Below, one piece after another: positions 44,303 to 52,619 of a stretch of 61,077 nucleotides of DNA (its first letter is position 1; each line of letters opens with the position of its first letter). A program made the position numbers and the translations under genes. Below the pieces are notes generated by a model that saw only the letters and a list, made by a program, of their open reading frames with translations, did not search any database and was not told the origin of the DNA. Origin of the DNA: Bacteroidales bacterium (GTDB taxonomy: Bacteria > Bacteroidota > Bacteroidia > Bacteroidales > UBA932); assembly GCA_017557325.1 (NCBI GenBank), contig JAFZAI010000083.1, forward strand, positions 1-61,077, read 5' to 3'.

Positions 44303-47071
44303 TTACACCCGTGGGGTGGTGCAGGAATTGACTAAATAGACAATGGAGACGTACGGGATGCCGCTGTGGGTTTCGAGGCCGATCTCGCATGTGCGGCTGT
44401 TGGAATAGCCCACCGTGGCGCCGCCTTTCTCCACCGACTCGCGAAGATGGCGGAGCGCCCAGGCATTGAGCTCGGGGTGCGTCATACCCTTGTCGCCTGC
44501 GAAAGCGCAGCAGCCGACATCTTCCGGAACCGTCACATGGGAAGAGCATAGCCGGGCCAGATTCACGATCGTGTCTCCTAAGCCCATCAAACGCATCGTA
44601 CAGGTCTGGTGAACGGCGACGGGCGTGTCGGTCTGCGTAAAGACCAGGCGGTCACGGAGGAATTTCCAGATGAATTCCGCCGGCTCGTAGAGCGGCATTT
44701 TCGTAATCTTTGCCCGCATTCGGTGGAGGCAGGGGCTCTGATCGCAGAGAACGGGATATTTGCCGCATTCAGAGGCCTTCCAAAGGGCATTCTCCAATTC
44801 GCGCACCTTCGCTTCGGCCACATCCGGCATTCCCTTGCTTTCCCAGACAGTGCCGCAACAGAGACTGTCCTTCCCCTCCGGGAAAATCACTTCGTAACCG
44901 GCCTTGTGCAGCAGGTAGACCGTCTCTTCCACCAGCGGCCGGCACGACGGGGATGCTTTCGACGGGCCCATCATCTGATTGAGACAACTCGGGAAATAGA
45001 CCACCTTGGGCTTGTCGCCTGAGGAATCGGAAACGGCCTTGCGGGCATTGTACGCCCGGGGCGTCGAAGGAGTCCAGAGCGGCAGGCCCAGACCGTGCAG
45101 GCCGCGGCAGATCCCGCCCATCAGCTTGTCTCCAAGCAGGGCACGACCCGCCCAGGCGAGGCTCAGCACCCCGCGAATCATCGTCTTGGTACCGTGATAG
45201 TGGCCGGCGGCCCAGCGCCAGAGAGCCGTTCCGGAGGCATTCTGGCGACGGACTTCGTGCGTCAGGTCCGCTACGCTGATCTTCATCGGGCAGCTCATCG
45301 AGCAGAGGCCGTCTCCCGCGCAGGTCGCTTCCCCTGGCCAGGCGTACAGCTTCCGGAGCTGCCGGAGTCGTCCGGGATCACTACCGTCTTTTTCAAGTCT
45401 GGTCATCTCCCGGATGGCGGCAATCCGCTGCCGCGAAGAAAGGGTAAATCCGCACGAAACGCAATTGACCTCGCAGAAGCCGCATTCAATGCACTTGTTA
45501 AGTTTCCCGTAAGCCTCGAGCGTCTCTTCGGGGGCGCCGGGGCCGGGATGCAGGATGGGAAGCGCCTTGATATCCTGGATGAAGCATTCCGGGTCGTCGT
45601 TGAAAATAACACCGGGATTGAGGATCCCCTCCGGATCGAAGATATCTTTGATGCGGCGCATCACGCCGAAGGCTTTCTCGCCCCATTCGTACGGAACGAA
45701 GGGGGCCATATTCCGGCCGGTACCGTGCTCGGCCTTGAGGGAACCATCGTATTTGCCGACCACCATTTCCGCCACGTCGCGAATCATTGCCTCGTAGCGC
45801 TTCACCTCCGCCTCCGTGTCGAAGGACTGGTTGATGATGAAATGGAAATTGCCCTCCAGCGCGTGGCCGTAGATGCAGGAATCCTTGTAGCCGTGACGGT
45901 CCAGCAGGACGCAGAGGTCGGCGGTCGCCTCGGGAAGGTCTTTGATGTGGAATGCGATGTCCTCGATAAGGCAGGTAGTACCTTCGGGACGCATTCCGCC
46001 CACCATCGGGAAGATGCCGGAACGGATGGCCCAGTAGCGGGCACATTCGTCCTTGTCGCGGGAAAAGCGGACTCCCGTGACCGTGTCGAAATCCTTCAGG
46101 GCCTCTTCAATCTCCCGAATCTGCTTTACGAGGGTTTCTTCGTCGGAAGCCTCGGTCCGTACCAGAATGGCCGTGAGATCCTCCCCCGTCGTATCGCCGG
46201 CGGCCGCAAGGGACTTCTTGTCGAGCAGCTCGGCCGCCTCGATGGGCAGTTGCCGCATCCGCACCACGGAGCGGGCCGCGTCGGAGATGTCGCGGAAATA
46301 GATCATCGCACTCGCCTGCAGCGGAGCGAGAGGGATCGTCCGGAGCGTCGACTCGCTGAGGAAGGCCAGAGTCCCCTCGGAGCCCACCAGAAGATGGGCG
46401 ATCATATCGAAAACATCGTCCTGCTCCACAAGCGGGAGGATGTTGAGACCGGTGACGTTCTTGATGGAATATTTGTAGCGGATGCGGTCCGAAAGGTCTT
46501 TGTCGCTTCGGACCTCGTCCCTCAGCGCCTCCAGTTGCCGCAGAAAGTCCGGATGGCTTTCCCGGAAGGCCGCCCGGCTCTCCGGATCGCCCGTATCGAG
46601 AAGGGTACCGTCCGTGAGGATCAGGCGGGCGGAGAGGAGGGTCTTGTCGGCATTGGCGTGCACGCCGCAACTCATCCCGGAGGCATTGTTGGCGATGATG
46701 CCGCCCACCATACAGCTGCCGATGGAGGCCGGGTCAGGGCCGAATTTGCGGCCGTAGGGCTTCAGAATGCGGTTAACTTTTGCACCGACGATGCCGCTCT
46801 GGAGGGTGATGGTCTCTCCCCCTTCTCCGACCCTGTACTTCTCCCAGCCTTTGCCAGCGATGAGCAGAACGGAGTCACTCACGCTCTGGCCGCTGAGGCT
46901 CGTCCCGGCCGCCCGGAAGGTAACGGCCTTCTTCTCCGCATTGCACTTCCTAAGCACGGCGGCCACATCCGCCTCATCGTCGGCGCGAATCACAAGTTGG
47001 GGGGTCTTTCTGTAGAAACTGGCGTCAGTCCCGAGACAGAAACGCAGGAGGGAGTCGGTGATCTTTTCCAT
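44303..47071 (-). CDS. FAD-binding, Fe-S-containing D-lactate dehydrogenase (Dld-II type)
   Basis: FRAAGTSLSGQ, GSEGTL, LKAEHGTGRN; ferredoxin motifs CIECGFC and CAGDGLC; two CCG domains. Confidence 0.9.
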   Translation of the reverse strand: MEKITDSLLRFCLGTDASFYRKTPQLVIRADDEADVAAVLRKCNAEKKAVTFRAAGTSLSGQSVSDSVLLIAGKGWEKYRVGEGGETITLQSGIVGAKVNRILKPYGRKFGPDPASIGSCMVGGIIANNASGMSCGVHANADKTLLSARLILTDGTLLDTGDPESRAAFRESHPDFLRQLEALRDEVRSDKDLSDRIRYKYSIKNVTGLNILPLVEQDDVFDMIAHLLVGSEGTLAFLSESTLRTIPLAPLQASAMIYFRDISDAARSVVRMRQLPIEAAELLDKKSLAAAGDTTGEDLTAILVRTEASDEETLVKQIREIEEALKDFDTVTGVRFSRDKDECARYWAIRSGIFPMVGGMRPEGTTCLIEDIAFHIKDLPEATADLCVLLDRHGYKDSCIYGHALEGNFHFIINQSFDTEAEVKRYEAMIRDVAEMVVGKYDGSLKAEHGTGRNMAPFVPYEWGEKAFGVMRRIKDIFDPEGILNPGVIFNDDPECFIQDIKALPILHPGPGAPEETLEAYGKLNKCIECGFCEVNCVSCGFTLSSRQRIAAIREMTRLEKDGSDPGRLRQLRKLYAWPGEATCAGDGLCSMSCPMKISVADLTHEVRRQNASGTALWRWAAGHYHGTKTMIRGVLSLAWAGRALLGDKLMGGICRGLHGLGLPLWTPSTPRAYNARKAVSDSSGDKPKVVYFPSCLNQMMGPSKASPSCRPLVEETVYLLHKAGYEVIFPEGKDSLCCGTVWESKGMPDVAEAKVRELENALWKASECGKYPVLCDQSPCLHRMRAKITKMPLYEPAEFIWKFLRDRLVFTQTDTPVAVHQTCTMRLMGLGDTIVNLARLCSSHVTVPEDVGCCAFAGDKGMTHPELNAWALRHLRESVEKGGATVGYSNSRTCEIGLETHSGIPYVSIVYLVNSCTTPRV

Positions 47072-47092
47072 AGTACAAATGTACAAAGAAAA

Positions 47093-47112
47093 AGAATCCG
47101 GGTCAAGCCCGG
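47093..47112. repeat. Degenerate REP-like palindrome
   Basis: AGAATCCGGGTCAAGCCCGG, near reverse complement of the 14879-14904 core. Confidence 0.65.
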
Positions 47113-47117
47113 TATAG

Positions 47118-47258
47118 AGGTTCCGCACGTTTTCCCGGGTTTTCGCCCGGAACCTATGCATACAAACGAAGGTTCCGCACGTTTGGGCCACTTTTCGCCC
47201 GGAACCTATTCAGCGGGAAGGGGGCAAGTAACAGTTTGGGCCGTTTTTGTGACTTGCC
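47118..47258. repeat. Tandem array of three hairpin units with a 52-bp period
   Basis: AGGTTCCGCACGTTT-N7-TTTTCGCCCGGAACCTAT at 47118 and 47170; diverged third unit GGCAAGT...GTTTGGGCC...ACTTGCC. Confidence 0.75.
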
Positions 47259-48223
47259 TATTTCGTGGGTAGGGGGCCGTCGGCGCCGGGGAGGGTGCAG
47301 ACGTAGGCGGCGACCTCTACCGCCCGGGCGTGGGAGGCCTGGAGCGACATTCCCTGGCGGAGACTGGTCGCGAAGGCTGCGGTGAAGGAGTCCCCCGCCC
47401 CGACCGCATCGACGAAGTCCTCGACGTGCGGGGTCGGGATTCGGGAGGCAAGGCCCTGGCGGTCATAGACTTCGCTCTTGTCCGCCCCGCAGGTATAGAT
47501 TACATACGCCAAACGAGGATACCGCTGCATCAAGGAAGCGACCCAGGCCGCAGCCTGCTCATCGGGCGACTCGGGGGTGGCGGGGGAAGGCGTTTCGGCT
47601 GGCCGGAGCAGGACGTCGTGCGGCGCCGGGCATCCCGGCAATTCCAGCTGGCGGGCCACTTCCGGGAGTTCGTCCTCATTGAGTTTCAACATCGTGGCCA
47701 ATTCCAAAGAGGCCTCAATGACGGGGCGGTCATAATACCGCTGACGAAGATTGACATCGAAGACCCGACAGCAGGCTTCCGGACTCGCCTGTACCAGAGC
47801 GAGAATCGCCTTACGGGAGGCCTCCGACCGCTGGGCCAGCGAGCCCCAGCAGATGATGTCGGCCGATGCAATGCGGGAGAGCATCTCCTCTGAGGCACTC
47901 ATTGCATCCCAGGCGGAAGGTTTCACAATATCGTATCGAGGAGCGTTCGGATCGGATTTATCGACCCAGACGACACCCGTGGGAAGCTCATTAACCCCAA
48001 TTCCCGATATATCCATCCCATCCTGCCGGATTATCCGAAGGGTTTCCAGCCCGAGCTGGTCCCGTCCGACGGCACTGACGACAACGGCATCCGCACCGAG
48101 TTCTTTGGCAAAATGCGCAAAATTCCTCGGGGCGCCGCCCAGGATGCGCTCCACGCGTCCATCTGGTTTCCGCTCGGAGTCCCAGACGATTTCTCCGAGG
48201 CCAAAGACAGTGATTTTTTCCAT
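47258..48223 (-). CDS. PfkB-family carbohydrate kinase (fructokinase-like)
   Basis: GLGEIVWD, GGAPRNFA, FDVNLR, KLNEDEL and DAVGAGDSF motifs. Confidence 0.92.
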   Translation of the reverse strand: MEKITVFGLGEIVWDSERKPDGRVERILGGAPRNFAHFAKELGADAVVVSAVGRDQLGLETLRIIRQDGMDISGIGVNELPTGVVWVDKSDPNAPRYDIVKPSAWDAMSASEEMLSRIASADIICWGSLAQRSEASRKAILALVQASPEACCRVFDVNLRQRYYDRPVIEASLELATMLKLNEDELPEVARQLELPGCPAPHDVLLRPAETPSPATPESPDEQAAAWVASLMQRYPRLAYVIYTCGADKSEVYDRQGLASRIPTPHVEDFVDAVGAGDSFTAAFATSLRQGMSLQASHARAVEVAAYVCTLPGADGPLPTK

Positions 48224-48356
48224 ACTTTGGCAAGATAGTTTTTTTTTATATAACCCGCAAACTAAATCGATATACTGATTACTCACCGTACAGAACATCC
48301 GGTCGGTGGTGTGTGAGAATTGTGGATTCCACCATTTTTTTCTATCTTTGCAGGCT

Positions 48357-49466
48357 ATGACAAGGGAAGAGGATTTCACCAGGCTTGAGATCAACCTGAA
48401 GGGCTGTACCGACAACTACCGGTATTTCCGTTCGCTGCTGCGGCCGCGGACTAAGATGCTCGTGCTGGTGAAGGCCAATGCGTATGGCCACGGAGCCGTG
48501 GAATTCGCCTCCCTGATGCAGGCAGCCGGAGCGGATTATCTGGCCGTCGCCTCCCCGCTGGAAGGAATTGAACTCCGCAAGGCCGGTATTTCACTGCCGA
48601 TTCTCGTACTGACAGCCCGCACGGATTCGTTCGACGAGACCATCCGCAACCGTCTCGAGCCCGGCATTCCCAATATCTTCACCCTCCAGGCCCTGCTGGA
48701 AGAACTGAAGCACCGCGGTCTCCGGGATTACCCGATCCATATCAAACTCGACACCGGCATGCACCGCCTCGGCTTCACGACCTCGGAACTTCCCGCCTTG
48801 CAGGAGGCCCTTCGTCAGGAGACTAGCGTGCGCGTCCGCTCAGTGTATTCGCATCTCTGCGTCGCAGAGGATCCTGCGGAGGATCCCTACACGCTGGGGC
48901 AAATCGAAATGTTCCAGGCCAATGCCGGCGCGCTGACGGATTCGCTCGGCTACAAGCCGATGTGGCACATCCTCAACTCGGCCGGCATCGAACGGTTCCC
49001 GCAGTATCAGTTCGATATGGTGCGGCTCGGGATCGGCATCTACGGGATCAGCGCCCTGCCGGGCGTGCATCTCGCCCCGGTCGCTTCGCTCAAATGCAAG
49101 ATCCTCCAGATCAAGCATCTGGAGCCCGGAGATGGCACCATCGGCTACGGCCGCTACGGTCACATCGCCCCGGGCGGGACGACCATCGCCACCATTCCCG
49201 TCGGGTATGCCGACGGCATCGACCGCCACCTGGGCCGCGGCGCCGCCTCATTCTCCCTAAACGGCCACCGCGTGCCTCCGATCGGCAACATCTGTATGGA
49301 TATGTGTATGCTGGACATCACGGGCGTCGATGCGCAGGTCGGCGATACGGTCACCATCTTCGGTGACGACCCCACCGCCTCCGAACTCGCCGGCATCCTC
49401 GGCACCATTCCCTACGAAATCCTCACCTCCGTCCCGCGCCGCATCGACAGGGTGATTGTACGGTAG
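48357..49466 (+). CDS. alr: Alanine racemase (stand-alone)
   Basis: VKANAYGHG, KLDTGMHRLG, VRLGIG, GYADG, ICMDM and TIPYE motifs. Confidence 0.96.
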   Translation: MTREEDFTRLEINLKGCTDNYRYFRSLLRPRTKMLVLVKANAYGHGAVEFASLMQAAGADYLAVASPLEGIELRKAGISLPILVLTARTDSFDETIRNRLEPGIPNIFTLQALLEELKHRGLRDYPIHIKLDTGMHRLGFTTSELPALQEALRQETSVRVRSVYSHLCVAEDPAEDPYTLGQIEMFQANAGALTDSLGYKPMWHILNSAGIERFPQYQFDMVRLGIGIYGISALPGVHLAPVASLKCKILQIKHLEPGDGTIGYGRYGHIAPGGTTIATIPVGYADGIDRHLGRGAASFSLNGHRVPPIGNICMDMCMLDITGVDAQVGDTVTIFGDDPTASELAGILGTIPYEILTSVPRRIDRVIVR

Positions 49467-49487
49467 ATGCATAAAATCCGCTTTTTC

Positions 49488-49518
49488 TTTGTTCTTTCGA
49501 AAAATCTCGCTATTTTTG
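49488..49518 (+). promoter_or_regulatory. Bacteroidetes -33/-7 promoter of the small-ORF cassette
   Basis: TTTG (49488-49491) and TATTTTTG (49511-49518). Confidence 0.7.
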
Positions 49519-49522
49519 CATC

Positions 49523-49685
49523 AGATTATTTGAATCAGCAAGTGGAGATAAGCGCCCACCAATGCTGGAACACCAAACAGAGCACCGATTCTTTTTATAG
49601 ATTCAGGTGCTCTGTGTTTTAAAAACGGGCAGCGGTACTGTCACAAGCCGCCCCAATGCTCACAATCGCTTTTATGTAATCAACT
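49523..49685 (+). ncRNA. Candidate structured 5' leader (about 160 nt)
   Basis: 5' 15-mer complementary to the start region; 10-bp hairpin ACAGAGCACC/GGTGCTCTGT followed by GTTTT; additional short hairpins. Confidence 0.5.
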
Positions 49686-49838
49686 ATGATTCAAATAATC
49701 TATTTTCAAACCAGCATTGTAGAGCGCCTTTGCATAGTATGCGAGAATGAGCTCTCTAAAGCCGTCTTTGTCAGAGGTCATTTTAAGATGGTCAATGGCA
49801 AAAAGGTATATGTGAAACCTCATTACCGTAAGAGGTAG
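49686..49838 (+). CDS. 50-aa basic small protein (not in ORF track)
   Basis: MIQIIYFQTSIVERLCIVCENELSKAVFVRGHFKMVNGKKVYVKPHYRKR; own promoter and terminator. Confidence 0.7.
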   Translation: MIQIIYFQTSIVERLCIVCENELSKAVFVRGHFKMVNGKKVYVKPHYRKR

Positions 49839-49864
49839 TTAGGGTCTCATCCGAGTTGTCCGTT

Positions 49865-49896
49865 CTGCAGTCACCTAGGGGTGGCTGCAGTTTTTT
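49865..49896 (+). terminator. Intrinsic terminator after the small ORF
   Basis: CTGCAGTCACC-TAGG-GGTGGCTGCAG followed by T6. Confidence 0.85.
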
Positions 49897-51355
49897 ACAA
49901 ATCGACATACCGCCGGGTGACGATGCCTTTTTTGTCTAGATAAATGAGATAGGGAAGGCTGGAGAGATCGAAGTCGTCCAGCAGGTCGGGGGATGCCTTG
50001 GTGACGAGGACTTTGAGTTTGCGCGGGCCCTGAGAGAGAAGGCGGTCGATGCCCGGGGCGGCGTCGGCGCAGGAGGCACAGGAGTCGGATGCAAATACGA
50101 CGACACCGGGCTCGCCGCGGAGTTTCCTTAGACGCAAGCCCTTCACCGCCTTGTCGGGGCGGGGAACAAACGATGCCTCGCCGCCGGAAGCCGATTTCGC
50201 GCGCCGCCCCGGCCGCCGGAGCGTCCCGTCCACCGCCACATCGGGCGCAGGAGATCCTACCGGGCACTTCGCAAGCAGACCCATCATCATATCGGCAAGC
50301 GTAAGCACCTGCAGAGAATCCGTCGCTGACCAGACGTCCCGGCCGTAGATATAATGGTCCATAAAAGGAGTCAACACCTCCCGGAACGCCTCGCTCCGGT
50401 GGAAAGAAAGGTAATACAGCAGATCTCCCATCGTGTGGGCGTACGCGGCCGGATTCCCCTCCCCGAGGGTCCGCTGCTCGATGTAGGCAGCCGTCTCCAG
50501 GACATCGGCGCCATTGGAGAATATGCCGTCCAGCATCGCCTCCGACTCCTTGGAGCCATACACGTACGCCTGCACCTCCTCGTGCGGCGCCAGTGCCTCA
50601 ACCAGCGCCGTCAGCGCCTTGGTGTCGAGCCGTCGGCCCACGATGGTAAGGTCCGGGGCGATTAGAAAGAGCGCCGGGGTCTTGATGACGCCGTACGCTT
50701 CGTGGAAATCGGACTGCATCCCCGGGTCCCAGAGATGCTGTACGCCCTCCAGCGTAAGCCCCGTCGCCCGATACCGCGCCCAGGAGGGCTCCCGGATGCC
50801 GACATACACCGCCACGACATCCAGCGGAATCGGCGCTTCCGGCAGATAGCGCTTGAGATATTCCGTCTCCAGCGCGCACGGGGCGCAGGTCGTATCGTAA
50901 AACAGCAGCACCGTATAATTCTCCCTCGGCTGGTCGAAAACACTGACGGTCTGCTGATTGACATCGCGCAGTGTCAGCACCGGCGCCTTCATTCCGATGA
51001 GCGACCGTCCGTTAAAGCGGACGTAGGACTGTGCCGTTGTGAGATCGGAGGGCGACACTTCCACCTTGCCGGCCATCATCCATTCCCGGGCGACATACAC
51101 CGCCACGGTCTCATCCCCCATCACGGAAGAGTTGCTGTAGTGCGTGAAGACATATTGCGCGATATGCGCGCGAATCGCCGGATCCGTCGCTGAGGAAATG
51201 AGGAAGTCCGCCTCGGAGCACTTATCCGCCGTCGAGGCCGCTTCTATTGTCTTGAAATAGGCGTCCATCTTCCCGTCCAATGCCGAGTAGTCCTGGGCCG
51301 CCGCCCCGAAAAGGGACAGCAGCAGGGCCGTCAGCACCGGAAGGAAGCGTCTCAT
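49895..51355 (-). CDS. Exported protein with two thioredoxin-like (redoxin) domains, DUF5106-like
   Basis: Signal peptide; CAPC and CASC motifs; cis-Pro-type loops KTPAL and SLPYL. Confidence 0.78.
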   Translation of the reverse strand: MRRFLPVLTALLLSLFGAAAQDYSALDGKMDAYFKTIEAASTADKCSEADFLISSATDPAIRAHIAQYVFTHYSNSSVMGDETVAVYVAREWMMAGKVEVSPSDLTTAQSYVRFNGRSLIGMKAPVLTLRDVNQQTVSVFDQPRENYTVLLFYDTTCAPCALETEYLKRYLPEAPIPLDVVAVYVGIREPSWARYRATGLTLEGVQHLWDPGMQSDFHEAYGVIKTPALFLIAPDLTIVGRRLDTKALTALVEALAPHEEVQAYVYGSKESEAMLDGIFSNGADVLETAAYIEQRTLGEGNPAAYAHTMGDLLYYLSFHRSEAFREVLTPFMDHYIYGRDVWSATDSLQVLTLADMMMGLLAKCPVGSPAPDVAVDGTLRRPGRRAKSASGGEASFVPRPDKAVKGLRLRKLRGEPGVVVFASDSCASCADAAPGIDRLLSQGPRKLKVLVTKASPDLLDDFDLSSLPYLIYLDKKGIVTRRYVDL

Positions 51356-51819
51356 AGCTCGATACCTTCGGGAATAAAAGCCGAATAGTCGCCGTGGTGC
51401 TTGAGAATATCACGCACCGCGGAAGACGAAATGTGGGCGAACTCCTGCGCCGTCGGGATGATGACGGTCTCGATGTCGGGTGCCAGCCGGCGGTTGGCGT
51501 CAGCGATGGAACGCTCCGTCTCGAAGTCGATCATATTCCGGACACCGCGGACAATGTGGTGAATGCCGAGAGACCGGCAAATGTCGATGGTCAGCGTATC
51601 GTACTGGACGACGGATACGCCCTGCAGCCCTTCCGTAGCCTTGCGGATAATGTCAAGACGCTTCTCCATACTGAAGAAGCCCCGCTTGTCCTGGTTGATA
51701 CCCACGGCGACGACGACCTCGTCGAACATCGTGAGGGCGCGGCGCAGGATATTGAGATGACCGGCCGTAAAGGGATCAAATGAGCCCGGGAACAGGGCCC
51801 TGCGTATCTGTGTACTCAT
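51352..51819 (-). CDS. coaD: Phosphopantetheine adenylyltransferase
   Basis: FPGSFDPFTAGH, IVRGVR and ISSSAVR motifs. Confidence 0.96.
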   Translation of the reverse strand: MSTQIRRALFPGSFDPFTAGHLNILRRALTMFDEVVVAVGINQDKRGFFSMEKRLDIIRKATEGLQGVSVVQYDTLTIDICRSLGIHHIVRGVRNMIDFETERSIADANRRLAPDIETVIIPTAQEFAHISSSAVRDILKHHGDYSAFIPEGIEL

Positions 51820-52484
51820 AATTGCCAGTTGATGGGTGTTTTGCCCTCGCGAATGAGGACTTCGTTTGTCTTGGAGAAATGCCGGCAACCGAAGAAAGCG
51901 CCCCCCGCGAGCGGGGAAGGATGCGCTGCCTCCAGCACGGTATGCCGGGAAGTATCGATGAGGGCCTTCTTTCCCCGGGCGAAATTGCCCCAGAGAAGGA
52001 ATACGACGCCGTCGCAATGATCGGAAATATAACGGATGACCGCATCGGTGAATTCCTGCCAGCCAATGCGGCTGTGGGAAGTCGGCTGCCCAGCCCGCAC
52101 CGTGAGGCAGGCATTCAGCAGAAGCACGCCCTGCCGGGCCCAGCTCTCCAGATTGGGACGGCCGCTCATCGGAATGCCGAGATCGGTGGAAATCTCGCGG
52201 AAAATGTTCCTGAGCGAGGGCGGTGCGGGAACGCCGTCGGGGACGGAGAACGAGAGGCCCATTGCCTGGCCGGGCCCGTGATAGGGATCCTGCCCGAGGA
52301 TGACCACCTTCACGGCGGAAACGGGCGTCAGGTCAAAGGCGCGGAAAATGGCGCCTCCGGGCGGATAAATCGTCTGCCCGGACGCCTTTTCCCCGTGGAG
52401 GAATCGCACCAGAGAGGCGAAGTACGGCTTCCCGAACTCCGGCGCAAGCGCTTCCTTCCAGCTCTGTTCTATTCTTACATCCAT
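51816..52484 (-). CDS. ung: Uracil-DNA glycosylase
   Basis: GQDPYH, PPSLRNI, GVLLLN and HPSPL motifs. Confidence 0.97.
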   Translation of the reverse strand: MDVRIEQSWKEALAPEFGKPYFASLVRFLHGEKASGQTIYPPGGAIFRAFDLTPVSAVKVVILGQDPYHGPGQAMGLSFSVPDGVPAPPSLRNIFREISTDLGIPMSGRPNLESWARQGVLLLNACLTVRAGQPTSHSRIGWQEFTDAVIRYISDHCDGVVFLLWGNFARGKKALIDTSRHTVLEAAHPSPLAGGAFFGCRHFSKTNEVLIREGKTPINWQL

Positions 52485-52492
52485 TTTATTCG

Positions 52493-52619
52493 GAAAATTT
52501 ATGTGATACCCTTTCTGCAATCATTTGCACCCGCGCAAGTAGCGGGAGGGGCCCAACTTGTTGGGAGGGACGAGGGCCGGACGGCCCGAGGATGGAAGAA
52601 AGGGTATCACTAAATTTTC
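52493..52619. repeat. Second copy of the structured MITE/RPE-like element (127 bp)
   Basis: Terminal stem GAAAATTTATGTGATACCCTTTCT / AGAAAGGGTATCACTAAATTTTC (one bulge); core CGGGAGGGGCCC...GGGAGGGA shared with 7630-7769. Confidence 0.82.

Noticed and set aside
47118-47258. Possible CRISPR array
   Set aside because: Only 2-3 units, 12-bp spacers, internal variation in the repeats and no cas genes.
47560-47640. Pro-rich insertion in PfkB as a repeat-element insertion
   Set aside because: No terminal inverted repeats or similarity to the other repeat families; likely a low-complexity loop.
52485-52520. Repeat-derived N-terminal extension of Ung (MQKGYHINFPNK)
   Set aside because: It needs a TTG start inside the element; a good ATG with an A-rich context lies at 52484.
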